Notes: a model not told the origin generated them from the letters alone. DNA of 64,000 nt from Ophelia neglecta (GCA_965285935.1 OZ260664.1:52142001-52206000), one strand, 5' to 3'. Positions 12,501 to 27,500 are shown, counted from the stretch's first letter. Numbers and translations: made by a program.

Positions 12501-15500
12501 ACGACAAGACTACATGTACTTTGCCATAAATCAGTAAGTTTCCACTATTTACCAGCCAGTGTAGGACAAACGTTTAGCGAGGTAATTTAGACAATTAAAG
12601 CCATATCTGATGGTCTGATGCTGGGAACGCTACCCCTAGCTAGTGTTGTTTTTCCAGTTGAATGCATGGACTCTGTCATAAATCTCGCCTAACGCTTCAC
12701 CACCTTCCCTCTCCCCCCTATGACTTGCTCCTTCTCACCAAGCCATTTCACCAAGCGGTGGTGAATTTTCAAGTATTTTCCATCCCGTCAAGCATCACAA
12801 TAAACTTTGAAGCAGCTCAATGAAAGTGGCCAAGTGGCAAAGTCAAAGAGTGAGATAGACGAAAGTGGCACCTTCCAGCTTATTGCTCTATTTGGAGACC
12901 ATTGAAAAGTTTTCAAAATCATTAGTAAACCAAAAGCGTTGTTCACCTGGTGAAAGGCTTTAAATGGTTGCTTGGAAGTAAATTCACAGTCGCTTCCAAG
13001 GTGCACATTTTAGCACACTAGGTAATATTCAAAGTTTCAAACAATTTCCCCTGCTAGTAAAATAGTTCTCTTTTTTAGTGTGATTGCCAAGAGTGGGTAG
13101 AATAAAAAGGGATAGTGTACTACTGGAATTTTTAAAGATTTTTATCACCAGTAGATGACAGCTTCCTCTAGTTATGAGCTGTCAGCTGTAATTAAACAAA
13201 ATAAAAGATTGAGTTTTTGTGCTATAATTTCCATAATCTGTGAATAGTTTGATGACATTAAGTGTATAGTTATATGTGGTTATGAATGGCAGTGATAGCA
13301 GTGTTGGACAAGTGTGCGATAGGCTGTCATCAGTAGAGATCTGACCCCATCATTGGGGCGACCCGAGAGGGAGGGGGCCCAGGAAAAACACACCACCAAC
13401 ACCAGTATATATCATAGCCAATCACTTAGCCAGATGTTACACAACCTAATGGACTTTCCATCAGGACTTTATGCCTGACTTTATGCCCACCTGCCATTCT
13501 TTAATACCTAGACCTGTCCAGTGACTGTCGCATTCAGCTCCAGTAGGCTTCAATCATAAAACTGCAAAATCACTCAAACAAAGTTTTCATGCAGCTTCAT
13601 GTTGGATGTTTTAGTCAGCACCATAAGTTTTGGTGTTCAACAAAATGGTTTGCTGGTGATGATTATACATTTCATTGTAAAGCAATCTTTTCCATTTAAA
13701 ACTTTGGTGATTTACCGAAAACTTCTACTGTAGTTGTCATTAGCGTTGAAAATCTGGCCGACACCTCCAAATGGTAGCCGAGACTAAAAAGTGACTTTCA
13801 ACACCGCTCTTCATGTATATTTACATCTGCCTACCAACGACTGCTATTTGTTGCCATATTAAGACTATTACTCCAAGGCCCAGCCCCTTTCAAACATACT
13901 GCTATTCACTGGATACATATTCACACAAGCTTTTTAGGTGGCTGATGTGTGTATAAGGCCACGTTCTTTAACAGCTATTCACCAAGTGTTCGTTAAGTGA
14001 AATTGTCCCAGTGATATGTGGTCTTTTCATCGCCTGTCAGATAAATTTCAATCCGCTAAGGTTATTATGAAAACATTTCAACATTTTCTTTTCAGCATTT
14101 TTTGGACTGGAATTTCCAGTTGCAAATTATTTATTAATCATGGCACGGGTGTGATATAGACTTAAATGGGTTCATGAGAGCGAAATGGGGGAGATTGACA
14201 AGCGGCTATGGCCGGGCTGTTTGTATGGAGAAGTTGCACGCAATGAACTGCAACATAATGGAAAACACACATGGAATGTACCATAAAGAATTGTTAGGAT
14301 CACCCTGCTTTGAGAGGGCACCCAATAGAAGGAATACTTGATGAACGTTTCCAGTCTCAGGTCTATTGTGCTAAGCAAACAGACTTGTCAGCAGGGGAAA
14401 GATGTCCTGTTACACCCTCCTGACCAGTTAGGACAGGAAAATGTCCTATGTTACACCCTCCTGACTAGTTAGGATAGGAAGATGTCCTATGTATCACCCT
14501 CCTGACTAGTTAGGATAGGAAGATGTCCTATGTTACACCCTCCTGACTAGTTAGGATAGGAAGATGTCCCATATTACACCCTCCTGACTAGTTAGGATAG
14601 GAAGATGTCCAATGTTACACCCTCCTGACTAGTTAGGATAGAAAGATGTCCTATGTTACACCCTCCTGACTAGTTAGGATAGGAAGATGTCCTATGTTAC
14701 ACCCTCCTGACTAGTTAGGATAGGAAGATGTCCCATGTTACACCCTCCTGACTAGTTAGGATAGGAAGATGTCCTATGTATCACCCTCCTGACTAGTTAG
14801 GATAGGAAGATGTCCTATGTTACACCCTCCTGACTAGTTAGGATAGGAAGATGTCCCATGTTACACCCTCCTGACTAGTTAGGATAGGAAGATGTCCTAT
14901 GTATCACCCTCCTGACTAGTTAGGATAGGAAGATGTCCTATGTTACACCCTCCTGACTAGTTAGGATAGGAAGATGTCCCATATTACACCCTCCTGACTA
15001 GTTAGGATAGGAAGATGTCCAATGTTACACCCTCCTGACTAGTTAGGATAGAAAGATGTCCTATGTTACACCCTCCTGACTAGTTAGGATAGGAAGATGT
15101 CCTATGTTACACCCTCCTGACCAGTGAGGATAGGAAAATGTCCTATGTTACACCCTCCTGACTAGTTAGGATAGGAAGATGTCCCATGTTACACCCTCCT
15201 GACTAGTTAGGATAGGAAGATGTCCTATGTATCACCCTCCTGACTAGTTAGGATAGGAAGATGTCCTATGTTACACCCTCCTGACTAGTTAGGATAGGAA
15301 GATGTCCCATATTACACCCTCCTGACTAGTTAGGATAGGAAGATGTCCAATGTTACACCCTCCTGACTAGTTAGGATAGAAAGATGTCCTATGTTACACC
15401 CTCCTGACTAGTTAGGATAGGAAGATGTCCTATGTTACACCCTCCTGACTAGTTAGGATAGGAAGATGTCCCATATTACACCCTCCTGACTAGTTAGGAT

Positions 15501-18500
15501 AGGAAGATGTCCAATGTTACACCCTCCTGACTAGTTAGGATAGAAAGATGTCCTATGTTACACCCTCCTGACTAGTTAGGATAGAAAGATGTCCTATGTT
15601 ACACCCTCCTGACTAGTTAGGATAGGAAGATGTCCTATGTTACACCCTCCTGACCAGTGAGGATAGGAAAATTTCCTATGTTACACCCTCCTGACTAGTT
15701 AGGATAGGAAGATGTCCCATGTTACACCCTCCTGACTAGTTAGGATAGGAAGATGTCCTATGTTACACACCCTCCTGACTAGTTAGGATAGGAAGATGTC
15801 ATATGTTACACACTCCCGTAATTAGGGTAGCTAACCATTGGTGCCTTCAAACATTTTGCTGTATTATGAGAGACACCTGAGAGTATTTTAGTATGCACCA
15901 ACATAAGTAGTATGGATTCAGTGTCAATTATTATCACTTTATTTTTTACAACTGAGCTACAAGCATGGTTTAAAGAAGGATCCTAGCCTTATTATCTCGA
16001 TGCATTCTCTGCTGTAAGAGGATGTGTGTACATGTCAGATTCTGTTAGCTCCTGCTCTCAAGAGCTCTTGTGCATGTACCCATACATCTACTTTTTGAAA
16101 CTATACAGATACTTGTTTTTTGTATCAAGTTCATTCACTATTCCCCATGGTGAGTGGTGCTTTAAGCTTTTCTCATTCTAGGTTTTGTTTTTATTTTGTG
16201 TCACTTTGTTGTTAAACAAGAGCCAGTCGTTGTCTGTAGTTTGTGTTTTCTTCCCAAGAAGAAAGTTTGGGTTCTGTGTTTTATGTTGGGATGGGAGCTG
16301 AGGTTGTTGTGCAGGGCCTTGTTGGCGTTTATGTGTTATTTAGCTGCCAGTTGTTTCATGTCAGTCGAGATTCCTGTCGAGCTTGCACAGGTCCTATATG
16401 TACAAGCTGTGTGCTGCATGGGTCAGGTAAAAACATACCCATTCTGTCAAGAAAAAAACCAACCCATCTTATACTCACTATTTTGCAATCTGGGCTTTGT
16501 CTCACTCAACTACTAACTCCTTCCGAGAATTGGCTTTCATGGGGTAGTAGGAAAATATGTGAATCTGGTTCTATACTCCACAAGAATGTTGATAAGTTTT
16601 AGATTATTTTGGATTATTAGAACTGCCCCATATTTTGGTTCCATCCTTTAGGATTCATTTAATGTTTGTGGCCTGAAAAAACTTAAGTACTGATTTCAAC
16701 ATGGGGACAGGGTGTGCAATTTGACTTGAACAGAGTGTGCTTTTTGAATTGATTCCAGCCGGTTAAGATATAAGGTGGCCAGGTTATAACTTCAGGCGCT
16801 TGCCAGGTTACATCTGTTGTGTATCCACGCCAACAGTGATGTCACCTTGGCATCATGGGTCACATGACTTGTACTTGGCCCTCCTCAGACATATTTCATA
16901 CCTAATTATCTTGCCATCCATACAACAACAACTGGGTTATCTCTAAATCTCCAAGCCAAGAATGTTCTTCAACTCAAGATGTCAGCCACACCAAGGTTAA
17001 TATTGCTTGTTGTACTTTACACTCTTCTTACAACTATATGGATAATAGCGAGAGTAGCATGGGATAAATATACTTTTAATAATACAACATTACTTGTTTT
17101 TGCAAGTTTTAAACCTAGTTCTCCTCTTACCACCTTTAAAGTAATTTTTTATTTACTGATTGCCCATTAAAGTAATCATGTGTCACCATCAAACACTTAA
17201 TTTTTCAATGATTAAAATGTTAACAAAAATGGCAATTAATTGCCAAAAACTCTTAGTAATAAAGTTTTGCGAATATTTTGTGACTACCTGTAAAAATTGA
17301 ATCCACTAAAATTGAGAAGGTTTACCACTTAAGAAAACATTATTAAATAAGTCATAAAATTACAATGGCACAAATTGATATTGGCAAAATAAAATAAAAG
17401 CCTGCTAAAGCCATAATGTCCTGGATTGTTTTAATGTTAGTTTGTTATTTAATTTTATATAAATGTGCGATGAACTCAAAAGATTTAGCACTGCTCAGAA
17501 TTAAAAAGTGGCCAAAAAATCAACTATTGTGAGTGGGCAATGTAGCCCTAAAATTTATCATGCACAAAAAAAAAGCTGTTTTAATTAGGGTTTTAAATCA
17601 ATTGGCAAATTTACTTACAACTTTGAACAGCAATGAATGAGATTTTTTTCCACATATTTCTCCCTAACATACCTGGTACATGTACATGTACAGGAAATAT
17701 GCAGCCATGACTAATTTGTGTTATGTGCGAAGTACTTGTCTTCTTCAGAAGACGGACATAATTGTTTTCCATCTACATCGGTTGTTAGTATATGAACCCA
17801 TTTCTCCACATATTGCTTTTCTGATGCTACTTGTGAATGATTGTGCTAAATCAAGAAAACAAGTTTATACCAACCAAGTTATCTTGTTCATGTCCCCCAG
17901 TGACGAATGTCACCACAGCGTCACATATTGCAAATATTTCAAGAGCATATTGAAAAAACTAATTTTGAGAGAGCTACATATAAATGCATCTTCACAGGGC
18001 AAGGTTAAGGCATATCTAAAATATTGGCCATGGACTTTTAGGGGCAGCTTAGAATTTGACCTTGGCCTCATTTTCAAGGTCATATTGAGAAATGGGGTGT
18101 TTTGTGCCCCCATTATTATTCACACCATCTTGGTTCACAGGTTTTACGCTGACATTCTTTGACGAACAGATACAGTTCCAGGGAAACACAACACATGGTC
18201 ACTTTGTCTAGTTGAAAAATGTATGCAAGCCTAATTCAAAATGTAACCTCCATTTGCTTTTTCAAGCTGTGAATGGAATTTTCATGGTCTTGCTTTTTAT
18301 GCTGAAAGCTAGGATGGTCTTTTCATGCACATTCTGCCATATCCCAAAGCACAAAAAATGGCATTGATTGTATTCTAATACAGGACATTACGGTAGTCAT
18401 TTCGTGACCACATGATTCATTTCGGCATGACTTTAATAGTTAGCTGGTCACAGTGAGGTTTGACATTCAAATATCACTGTGTGCTGTCTCCTGCTCTCCA

Positions 18501-21500
18501 CAATGGCCAGTAGACCTGGGTAAATAGTGGTGTCAAAGACGCTCTATGAACACGTAACTAACACTTCTCTATCTAATAAAATACAGAAGATTGAAGTAAT
18601 GTATAAAACATTACTACAAATTCAGTTTTATACTTAACTGCACAATGATATATTGACTGTGGTCAACTCAATTTTTCAACTTCTTCTTTAAATGTTTGAA
18701 TGAAAATTTAAAGTTCATGTATTGAGACAGAATAAAGTTAATATGGGTAGGGACTCCAAGGAGGGATGGCCAAAAATCCATGATTGAACCATTGTATGAT
18801 AATAATAATCACTCCACAGGGCCTAGGAATATGATATCAGTTCCCTGGGTGTGTAAAGATGACATTGTCTTGTCCATGTATTAAGTTGTTCCTGCCTGGG
18901 CCTGAGATGTGTCATTCACATTAAGCATACCACTGTCAGAAGTTTGTTGAGAGAGTCTGAACAGAGTGTTAGCTGTTAGACACTGACATACTGGGAGCCC
19001 AGGGGCCCCTTTGAGGCTCTCTGCTAACTCCTCTGTACATACTGCCCTAGTCACTGCCTTAGGCAATACTTTGTAGGTGTGTAATAAGGGTTTGCATGCT
19101 GTATTGAGCACACAAAGTCCAGGTTTAGGGGCAGATTGTCAGACAAATGACACATTGTCATAGACAGAGGAGACAGTGTCTGAGGCGCCTGACCTCTCAC
19201 CTGGCAGATAGGTTGCTCTCATCTGCCTGACAGGGTCCACCCATATCTGTGGGTGGAGGTGGGAGGGGGGGGGGAGAGGCTGAGGACAACTATCATGTGT
19301 AACACAGTCCTGATAGGGTCCAAACATATTTGTTGGGGGGGAGGGGGGAGGGGGGAGGGAACAACTATTAGGGATAACACATGTCTGGCAGGGTCCACCC
19401 TTGTCTGAGGTAGGGGGGGGGGGAGGTAGAGACAAGCAATAGCGTCTTTATAATATTGATTCCAATTTTGCTTTATTTATTTGTATTTTTGTTTTTTTTC
19501 AGGTGCTGATATTAGTCTGCCCCACTTTACCCTCCATCCCCAGTCTGTGATAGTAAAAAACGAGGCCAAGGTGGTACTCAGCTGCCATGCAGAACCTAGC
19601 CACCTCACCGACATTCGATGGAAATACAATGGAGAGTATATTACTACTAGCCCGGACCTAGACATAGAGGTGGAAGGTGGGAGATTACACATACTGTCCT
19701 TTAGACACCGGCCCAAGGACACCAGCAATGCCGGGGTGTACCAGTGTGTAGCCAATAACTCGCTCGGAGCTGTGCTCAGCCAAGAGGCACATGTACAAAG
19801 AGCAGGTCAGTAGTATAGAGCTTATAAAAGCATACAAAGTGTAGTATAGTAATACGTCAAGTCAAAACCAGCTGTGTATGTTGTTTAGTAACGTTTACTC
19901 ATTAGTACAGTATGTTGTCCACTCAATAGTAGTTCACCTACTAGTAGTTCAGGACTGTTGTGTAGACCAGTTAAAGAGCAGGCTGTGACCTACTTGTGCC
20001 CGTGAGTGATTTAATGTAATGCTTTGCTAACAATAATTTCCATGAAAGCAAAGTACCAGACTGTGAGAAAAAATGGTGCCTGGTTTGGTGGGGGGGGGGG
20101 GGGGGGGGAATTAGTTCCCATTTAGAAGTCAGTAACATCTTTTTAGAAATGGTGTGTGAAATTGTGGTCGGAATTTTTTAAAATAGGACTAAACAAAAGC
20201 TGTACAATATTAGACATAAAGCTGATAGATTATACACCTGCTATACTTACAGTGGAGATTTATAAAAATGATAACTTGATATCAAGCATTATTTAATGAT
20301 GTGAAAGTGGCACAGAGTATCATTTTTGGTTACAAGGTGAAGTCATTAAGATTTTAGGTCTGTGCTTTATTAGCCTTTTAACAAGGCATTATCATTATTT
20401 GTGGACACTTCAACAACTTGACACAAGCTGTGGGATCTCGGTTTACATGTAATTAAAAAGAAAACATTCTGTTTTATGATTTTGATTTAGAAGGAACTGA
20501 CATTTGGGTGTTACTTTTCTTACCAGTTTAATGGAGTTATTGACAGAGCTGAATTTTAATCTTATCTTTTCTGCACTGCACATCATACAATGTCATTTGG
20601 ATAAGTTTTTGAAAATCTTGCCAATTTGACATGTTTATGGAATTGTTTACAAAGGCCTGGCTTAGAACCCTCTGAAATAACAATGTAAGGAAAAATGTAT
20701 GATAACAGTTAAGTCAATAAATTATATATCACACACACCTTCCAGCAATGATTAGACGTAAATTGTTCTTAAATTGTTGGTAGATACACATTATATACTA
20801 AACCTGTGGCAGACGAATCGCTCTTCACCAAAATGAGTCACCATGAATGGTGTCAAGTTACACCAGCTTACTTTGTTTGTTGTAAAGGAATGACAAAGAC
20901 CTTAAACCTGGACTGTAGTAAATAAGCAGTTCTGTTTTAGTTGGTGTTAACAAGTTGTAATGTTTCTGTCTGGCGCCAGACTTCTGTATGATATTTACTG
21001 TTCAAAGACCCAGGGAATTGTCTTCAATTCTATCTCGTATTTCACATCATCCGGGGATTTTTTAAGCTATGCAGACTAAGGCCAGTTTAACATAGATCCT
21101 AGGGCCAATTTTGGAATGCGCTTGCCATGCAATTCAACCTGTAGCCATAAACGTGCCCACACTCCTGCAAGTTGTGAACACGGAGGAACATGACAGGCAA
21201 ATAAGGCCCCGTTCCTGTGAGAATCATCATTTTAGTGATGAATTAAAACTTCAAAATAGGCATAATTTTGAAAGTGGTGACTAGAAACGGATGTGGCATG
21301 TGTGACAACATTTTAGGGGGGTGCAACTTTTCCATTTAATAGGGCTTCTCAATAGATGTTCATGGTATGACGGCTAAAAATTTATGAATGTAGAACATGC
21401 AAGTTTATTGTCTAACCATTGGCATTACCACTATAATTATCAGCGACCATAATAAATGCCTCATATTGAAGGAATTTTAAATATCATATCATGAAAGAAT

Positions 21501-24500
21501 TGTATTGCATTACTGTGTGGGCAAAAGCTTTCAAGCTAAGTGCTTATGGTATTGAAAGATATTTGTAACACAGTTTTGAATAAATCAAAGTTCTTTGATA
21601 AGCAGTCTCCAGGTTGGAAAACATAAGATGGAAAAGAGAAATCCAGGTGTGCATGCCAAACAGCTCTATCAATTCTGAATTGTTTTTGTTCATCATAAAT
21701 AGAATACAGTTCAGACTTTTTCTCCAGAGATTTGCACTAAATTAATGTATTGCTTATTTGATACTGGATTAAAGAAATTTTACATTTATTGTTTGTATCA
21801 TCAAAGCAAACCTTATGCATGTATTTTTATCTATCATTTTAGTGATTGGTCAGTTTGCCGAAGATCTCCGAGACATTTACATTAACTCCACCGCCGGTAA
21901 CGTGGCCTTTATCCCATGCTCACCACCAGATAGCCTTCCAGCAGCCATCACTCGATTTGAACTAAACGGAGCGACCATCGAGCCAGAAGATGGTAGGCAA
22001 AATTGTGTACATCATTTGTGGAATTGATCATTTATCTGTTTGAAGGGCAAAAGATCTGGTACACACCATAAAATGAATGAAAAGATTCTTGTACAACTCC
22101 TGTTCAATTTCTAATTTCAATTTTTAGCTTTGTTGGAGAAAATGCATACTAATTAACAAGGCAGTCCAGAAACCAAGGCTTATTGGTCTTTTAAACAACA
22201 ATAACACTAACATAGAATAAACAAGGCTTGTAAGCTGAAGAAACAGTCAGGCAATTGACCATAATGCATTCAAAGGTTTAAACTGAAGTGCGTTTGCTAG
22301 TTGAAAATTATGTACAATGTATGTTCAAAGACAACATGGATTTTTTCAAAACAATCACAAAAGCATAGTTATTTGACACATGTATCGCATAGAACACAGC
22401 GCTATTTATTGGTATTCATATTATTTTGTGCTGCTCAGTCACAAATCCCTGATGGTTGCTTCAGATTCCATGTTGAGTCCCAGTGCTCATAACAGACAGG
22501 TAGCTCCAGCTACTCTCTGTCAACTGATTCCCATGTCGAGTCCCAGTGCTCATAGCAGACAGGTAGCTCCAGCTACTCTCTGTCAACTGATTCCCATGTC
22601 GAGTCCCAGTGCTCATAGCAGACAGGTAGCTCCAGCCCCACTCCCTGTCAACTGATTCCCATGTCGAGTCCCAGTGCTCATAGCAGACAGGTAGCTCCAA
22701 CCCCCCTTCTATGTCATTTGATTCCCATGTTGAGTCCCAGTGCTCATAGCAGACAGGTAGCTCCAGCCCTACTCTCTCTCAACTGATTCCCATGTTGAGG
22801 CCCAGTGCTCATAGCAGACAGGTAGCTCCAGCCCTACTCTCTGTCAACTGATTCCCATGTTGAGTCCCAGTGCTCATAGCAGACAGGTAGCTCAAGCTAC
22901 TCTCTGTCAACTGATTCCCATGTCCAGTCCCATTGCTCATAGCAGACAGGTAGCTCCAGCTACTCTCTGTCAACTGATTCCCATGTCCAGTCCCAGAGCT
23001 CATAGCAGACAGGTAGCTCCAGCCCCCCCCCCCCCCCCCCCCCCAACTCTCTGTCAATAAGCCAGTATACTGTTGTATATTTCATATCTGCCAGTATCCT
23101 AAAACTAACTCCTCGTGTTTAGATACAAGTCAGTCCAGACCACTTTACTCTATATCACTTCTGACATTACCCATTTGTCAATTCCACTCAATGGAGTAAT
23201 GAACAGCCTTATTTATAAACACTTTAGTGGGATATGATTTGGCCCTTTGATGTGCTTGTTGTTTTATTGATCCATTTATTACTGGTTAGTAGACTCACTG
23301 GGGGGAAAATTGCAGGCCAAGCTACCAAAGTTTTAGATAAGGCAAAAATTCGGAAGGTTATTTAGGAACCAAACATTATAGAATAAGTATTCTCTGTTTT
23401 GCTTTTATCAGTCAATTTTCATCTTTTTTTTTTCCTCTGGAGGAGTAAAAAGGGTCTTTGTAAAAATGAGGAAGGGAAACATTGAAAGCTGCTGGTAAGA
23501 GAATTTAAACATTGACTGTATTGAGCCTGATACTTATTACTTTTGATCAGCGGAGCTGAAAAACAAATCAGATTCTGTGCAAATAGGACAAAACGTACAC
23601 TTTTCTATATCGTGCTGGGCAAGTTCAATAGTTAGAAGTCTAGAGTTGATACAATGTTAACACCAATGTAAATTGAAGGCTACAGGAGGATTGAGTTTAC
23701 TGGTGCCAAAAATGTTAACTCGGGGTAAAAACAGTGCTTGTTTTTTGTTAAAAGCATTTTGGTTCTCAGGGTAAAAAGTCATCTGCATACCTTTCTATTT
23801 AGAAACAAATAAAGAATCCAGAATGCGAAGTCACTTTGTGTGTGATGTGATAAGGACGTAAGAAGTTTGTTGTTATTCTGCCTCACAAGTCCCTTGTGGA
23901 TTAAGCTATGGAGGTTGTACAACTGGTAGTACTTGGGGAGCACAACTAGACTTCAGTATAGGACTTAGATAATTGCATCACAGCATCTTAAAATAGAAAG
24001 TGAAGTTGTATGTATTTCATAGTGATTTACGGCCAGTTAACAAGACAGGCCCGACCAAACAGCCCAGTATTTATTCTCCGCAGTGGATTTTGGCTTGCCA
24101 GTTCGGGGCTCACGGGAGTTCACCAAGAGATTTGTATAGCTGGCTGGCAGCAGCGGAAAGGGCCTATTACCGTGCCGAAAACATGTGGTGTCAGATTTCA
24201 CCGCTAGAGGTCACCGGAGGTCAACTTGCGACTGACAGAGCACTCCGGAATCTCAAACATATGATATTAATTTGGTTGGAGTCAGTGCTTACATTAATAT
24301 CCTGGAGCCAGCCGTAGCTTTCGATGTATGTAGGAAGCCCGACAACATCACTGCCCTCCCTCAGCAGTGGGGAGGGATGGGAATTTCTCATGAACTGATC
24401 AGAATGTGAAAAATACACAGAAAACTGTCAAGTAACTCACCCCCTACTGTCTGTGACAGGGAGTAGAGGGCCTGGGCAAGGCAGAGAGTAGGGATGTGGG

Positions 24501-27500
24501 AGAGAACGAACAAAAAGACTAAGGAATGTAAATGTTCTCAGGCAAATATATCACTGCCCCCTGTTTTATACTCAAGTATAAAGAATATTTGACATGAAAC
24601 AACTGTATTTTTCCCTTTCTGAGAGCCTACATGATATACATTACATGCCTACGTGGTGTTCTTCATGTACTTTGTGCAATTGTAAATACCTCTACAGAAA
24701 CTAACTTGAAAATGACCCTGTGTATTGCAATACTTTGCAACAATTAGTTCTTGTTTGATATGTTTGTCAATTTCACCCTCCCACCCCGCCCTTCCCTCCT
24801 CCTGTCCTCCTCCCCACCTCCTCTCCCTCATTGTTTCTTGTAGCTGTTTAACCTGTTTAACTCCCACACCCGACCCCCTCCATCTCCACCCAGGTAACCA
24901 GATCTGTTATGTACAATCAGCTCACCTGGCTGCTCTTTCACCATCCACTTTAGATGTTATTCTTCCATTTTGTATGGAGATAGGTGGTGATCACCGCCTC
25001 AGTCCCACCCAGTAACCTGAGCTTTAGTATACCCTGATCTGGCATGATCCCGGACACACTCTCACCCGTACCACCGCTTGTCTTAAGATAGGATTCAGCT
25101 TAAAGAAATCAGTGCCAGACTACTAGCTCATACAGACCAGCATTTTGATATTAATCCTATGATAAAAGAATCAAATTATACATCAATCTCTATTGATAAT
25201 AATATTCTCTTTAATCTTATTGTGGATAACTGTAACTATAGCTGTGTTGAGGCAAAGTGTTAAACCTTCTAGTGTGTGCTTCTTTTCCTCCATTTCCATT
25301 CGACCTGCCAGTGTATTTCAAACAGGACACCTAACAATTCACTTATTCATAGTACATGTATTTTCCTATTTCTTGCCAGAAGTTTCTGAAGCAAGACACC
25401 TTAGAGATGTTCCAGTGAATTATTTTGACAAGTGCAATACAATTTTCATTTATTACCACCAGTGGCCTGAATTTATGCTCCGCCTAAATACCATATATCA
25501 GATACACAGTAAAGTTTACATCAGGTAATCTTTGTAAATAGATTTATGACATTATAAACAACAAGGTGGGATACATGTTCATATTGTAAGCTGGAGGCCG
25601 GGCTGAAGTGAACTACACAGCCTCTAACTGTGGAGCTAAGATGGTGGTGATATAGTCAACCCTCTGCTGAAATCACCTGCCAAATCTCTTTATACATCTG
25701 CCGAACAGATAACACTTATCTCTTCTGGCAAAATTAATTCTACCCACTGAAAGTTACAGATTCAATTTGTATATTCACTAAAAAGTTGCAACTGTATACA
25801 GTTATGTGAGCCTGTAAAAAATTGTCTGTAACCTAATAGCAACATTTCCCAGTATTAATTATTATTTTATGCAAATATTAATCTCAATGTTATTTATCAC
25901 TTATCTTCTCTTGGCGCCCACTTAGCTTATAATAGTAAATATTTAATTATGGTTTGTTTGTAGATAATTCTATCTTAATGATGCTCTTGACTGGGTTACG
26001 TCCTAGCTACTGGTGGCACTGGGTCTGTGGGGTACAAGAACACCCACCCAGTGGAAACCCTAAATCATTGACAACTAGAAAGTTGGCAAAGAATAAACAG
26101 CAGCATTTTAGAAGTTTAAAAGGATCACTTTCAGGAGTCATTCTACCTGTAAAGCTGGATTTGTGCTGGATTATCATTATTTCTTCTGTGCCTTTTGAAC
26201 TTTTGGTGATATTTCAAGGGGTGGTATTTAGTTAACTTGACTGGGGTAAGACATCTCAGTGTGTAGTCAGCCTTGTGGCAGATAGAGGCTGGTTGTTTGA
26301 GTGAAGTGTTTTAGATGGTCATGCCTCCCCAGTAATGTTTTGGTGCTGGCCTGTTAGGGGTGAGCCGTGGCCTGGAGTGGGCATTTACCCTGATCCCTTC
26401 TCACATCCCTGGCACTGCCATAGCTGCCAGCCCACCCCCTAACCCAGACACTCACATCCCCAACCCAGACACTCACACAGAGAAAATACCCTAAGTGATA
26501 ATCATCTTTTTACATCCTTATCTTGACAGTGTGTGGTTTGATCAATCAATTCTATTTCCTTTCTTACCCCCACTACTTGTCTGGAACCAGCAAAGCTATG
26601 ACCATTAACTCATTTTGTAAATTTTAATTAGTATAGATTTAGAAGAATTCCAAGTTAATACCTTCCTGTTTGTTTTTTACATTTAACAAATTATGTACAT
26701 GTGAGCAACCATATAAATAATGATGTTATTAATAAAAGTAGCCTTTGCACTTCTCTGTGGGAGGATCTTGCCCAGGGGGGAAGGCACTGTGTTACCCTGG
26801 TCCTTTCCCCTCTGGCCTCCCCCACACCAACCTCTCACCTATAATATAAACAAAATAACATAGACTTCCAACAAGCAAACAGTAAATAAATGTTCACCTT
26901 TCATAAAGGAGGAATATAAATGTACATGAACATGAATGCAAACATAGCAAAATATTTTTATTGTGTAATATTTCAGCCTTCCTTGATATTAATTTGACCG
27001 CCCCCTTTTTGGTGAGGTTTTGGTTTCTTTGAGACTGACCCCTTGTGCCTGTTTCTCTTCCAGCTGGTCATGTGATTCTGCCATCTGGGATGCAAATAGC
27101 CAATGTGAGAACGGTGAATGGCGGGGAGTACCGATGTATAGCAATCAATCCTGTGACAGGACAGAAACGGACTGCCCCAAACAGGGTCTACCTCAGTGTA
27201 CAGGGTAAGTAGTCTACAACATGGTTCATAGTAGTATAGGTCCCCAAAAAAACAGGGTAAGTAGTCCGAAAAAACATCACGGTCAGTAGTATGAGTTCTA
27301 AAGGTAATAAAAGATAATTTTTGTAATGGCTGACTGATGGCAGTATTGTCGTACTACCTGACTAATACCAGTGTAAGTCCCAACCAGTCTACCCCTATTT
27401 ATTGTACCAATGTAAAGTCAGATTTATCTGTCCCAGCATGGTATGCTTTGGTGTGAAAAGGTATGCTGCGTAAAATATTCTAAAACTTGCAATGAGTTTG

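Noticed and set aside
14395-15815. Palindromic 41-bp repeats (and the 51-bp array) as a CRISPR array
   Set aside because: Units are head-to-tail with no unique spacers, there are no cas genes, and the context is a spliceosomal intron.
17680-18162. 160-aa plus-strand ORF in an ihog intron
   Set aside because: No recognisable domain, AT-rich intron-like composition, no convincing splice sites; more likely chance or a decayed repeat.
22380-23060. Short ORFs on both strands with a 21-aa period
   Set aside because: Translations of the 63-bp minisatellite.
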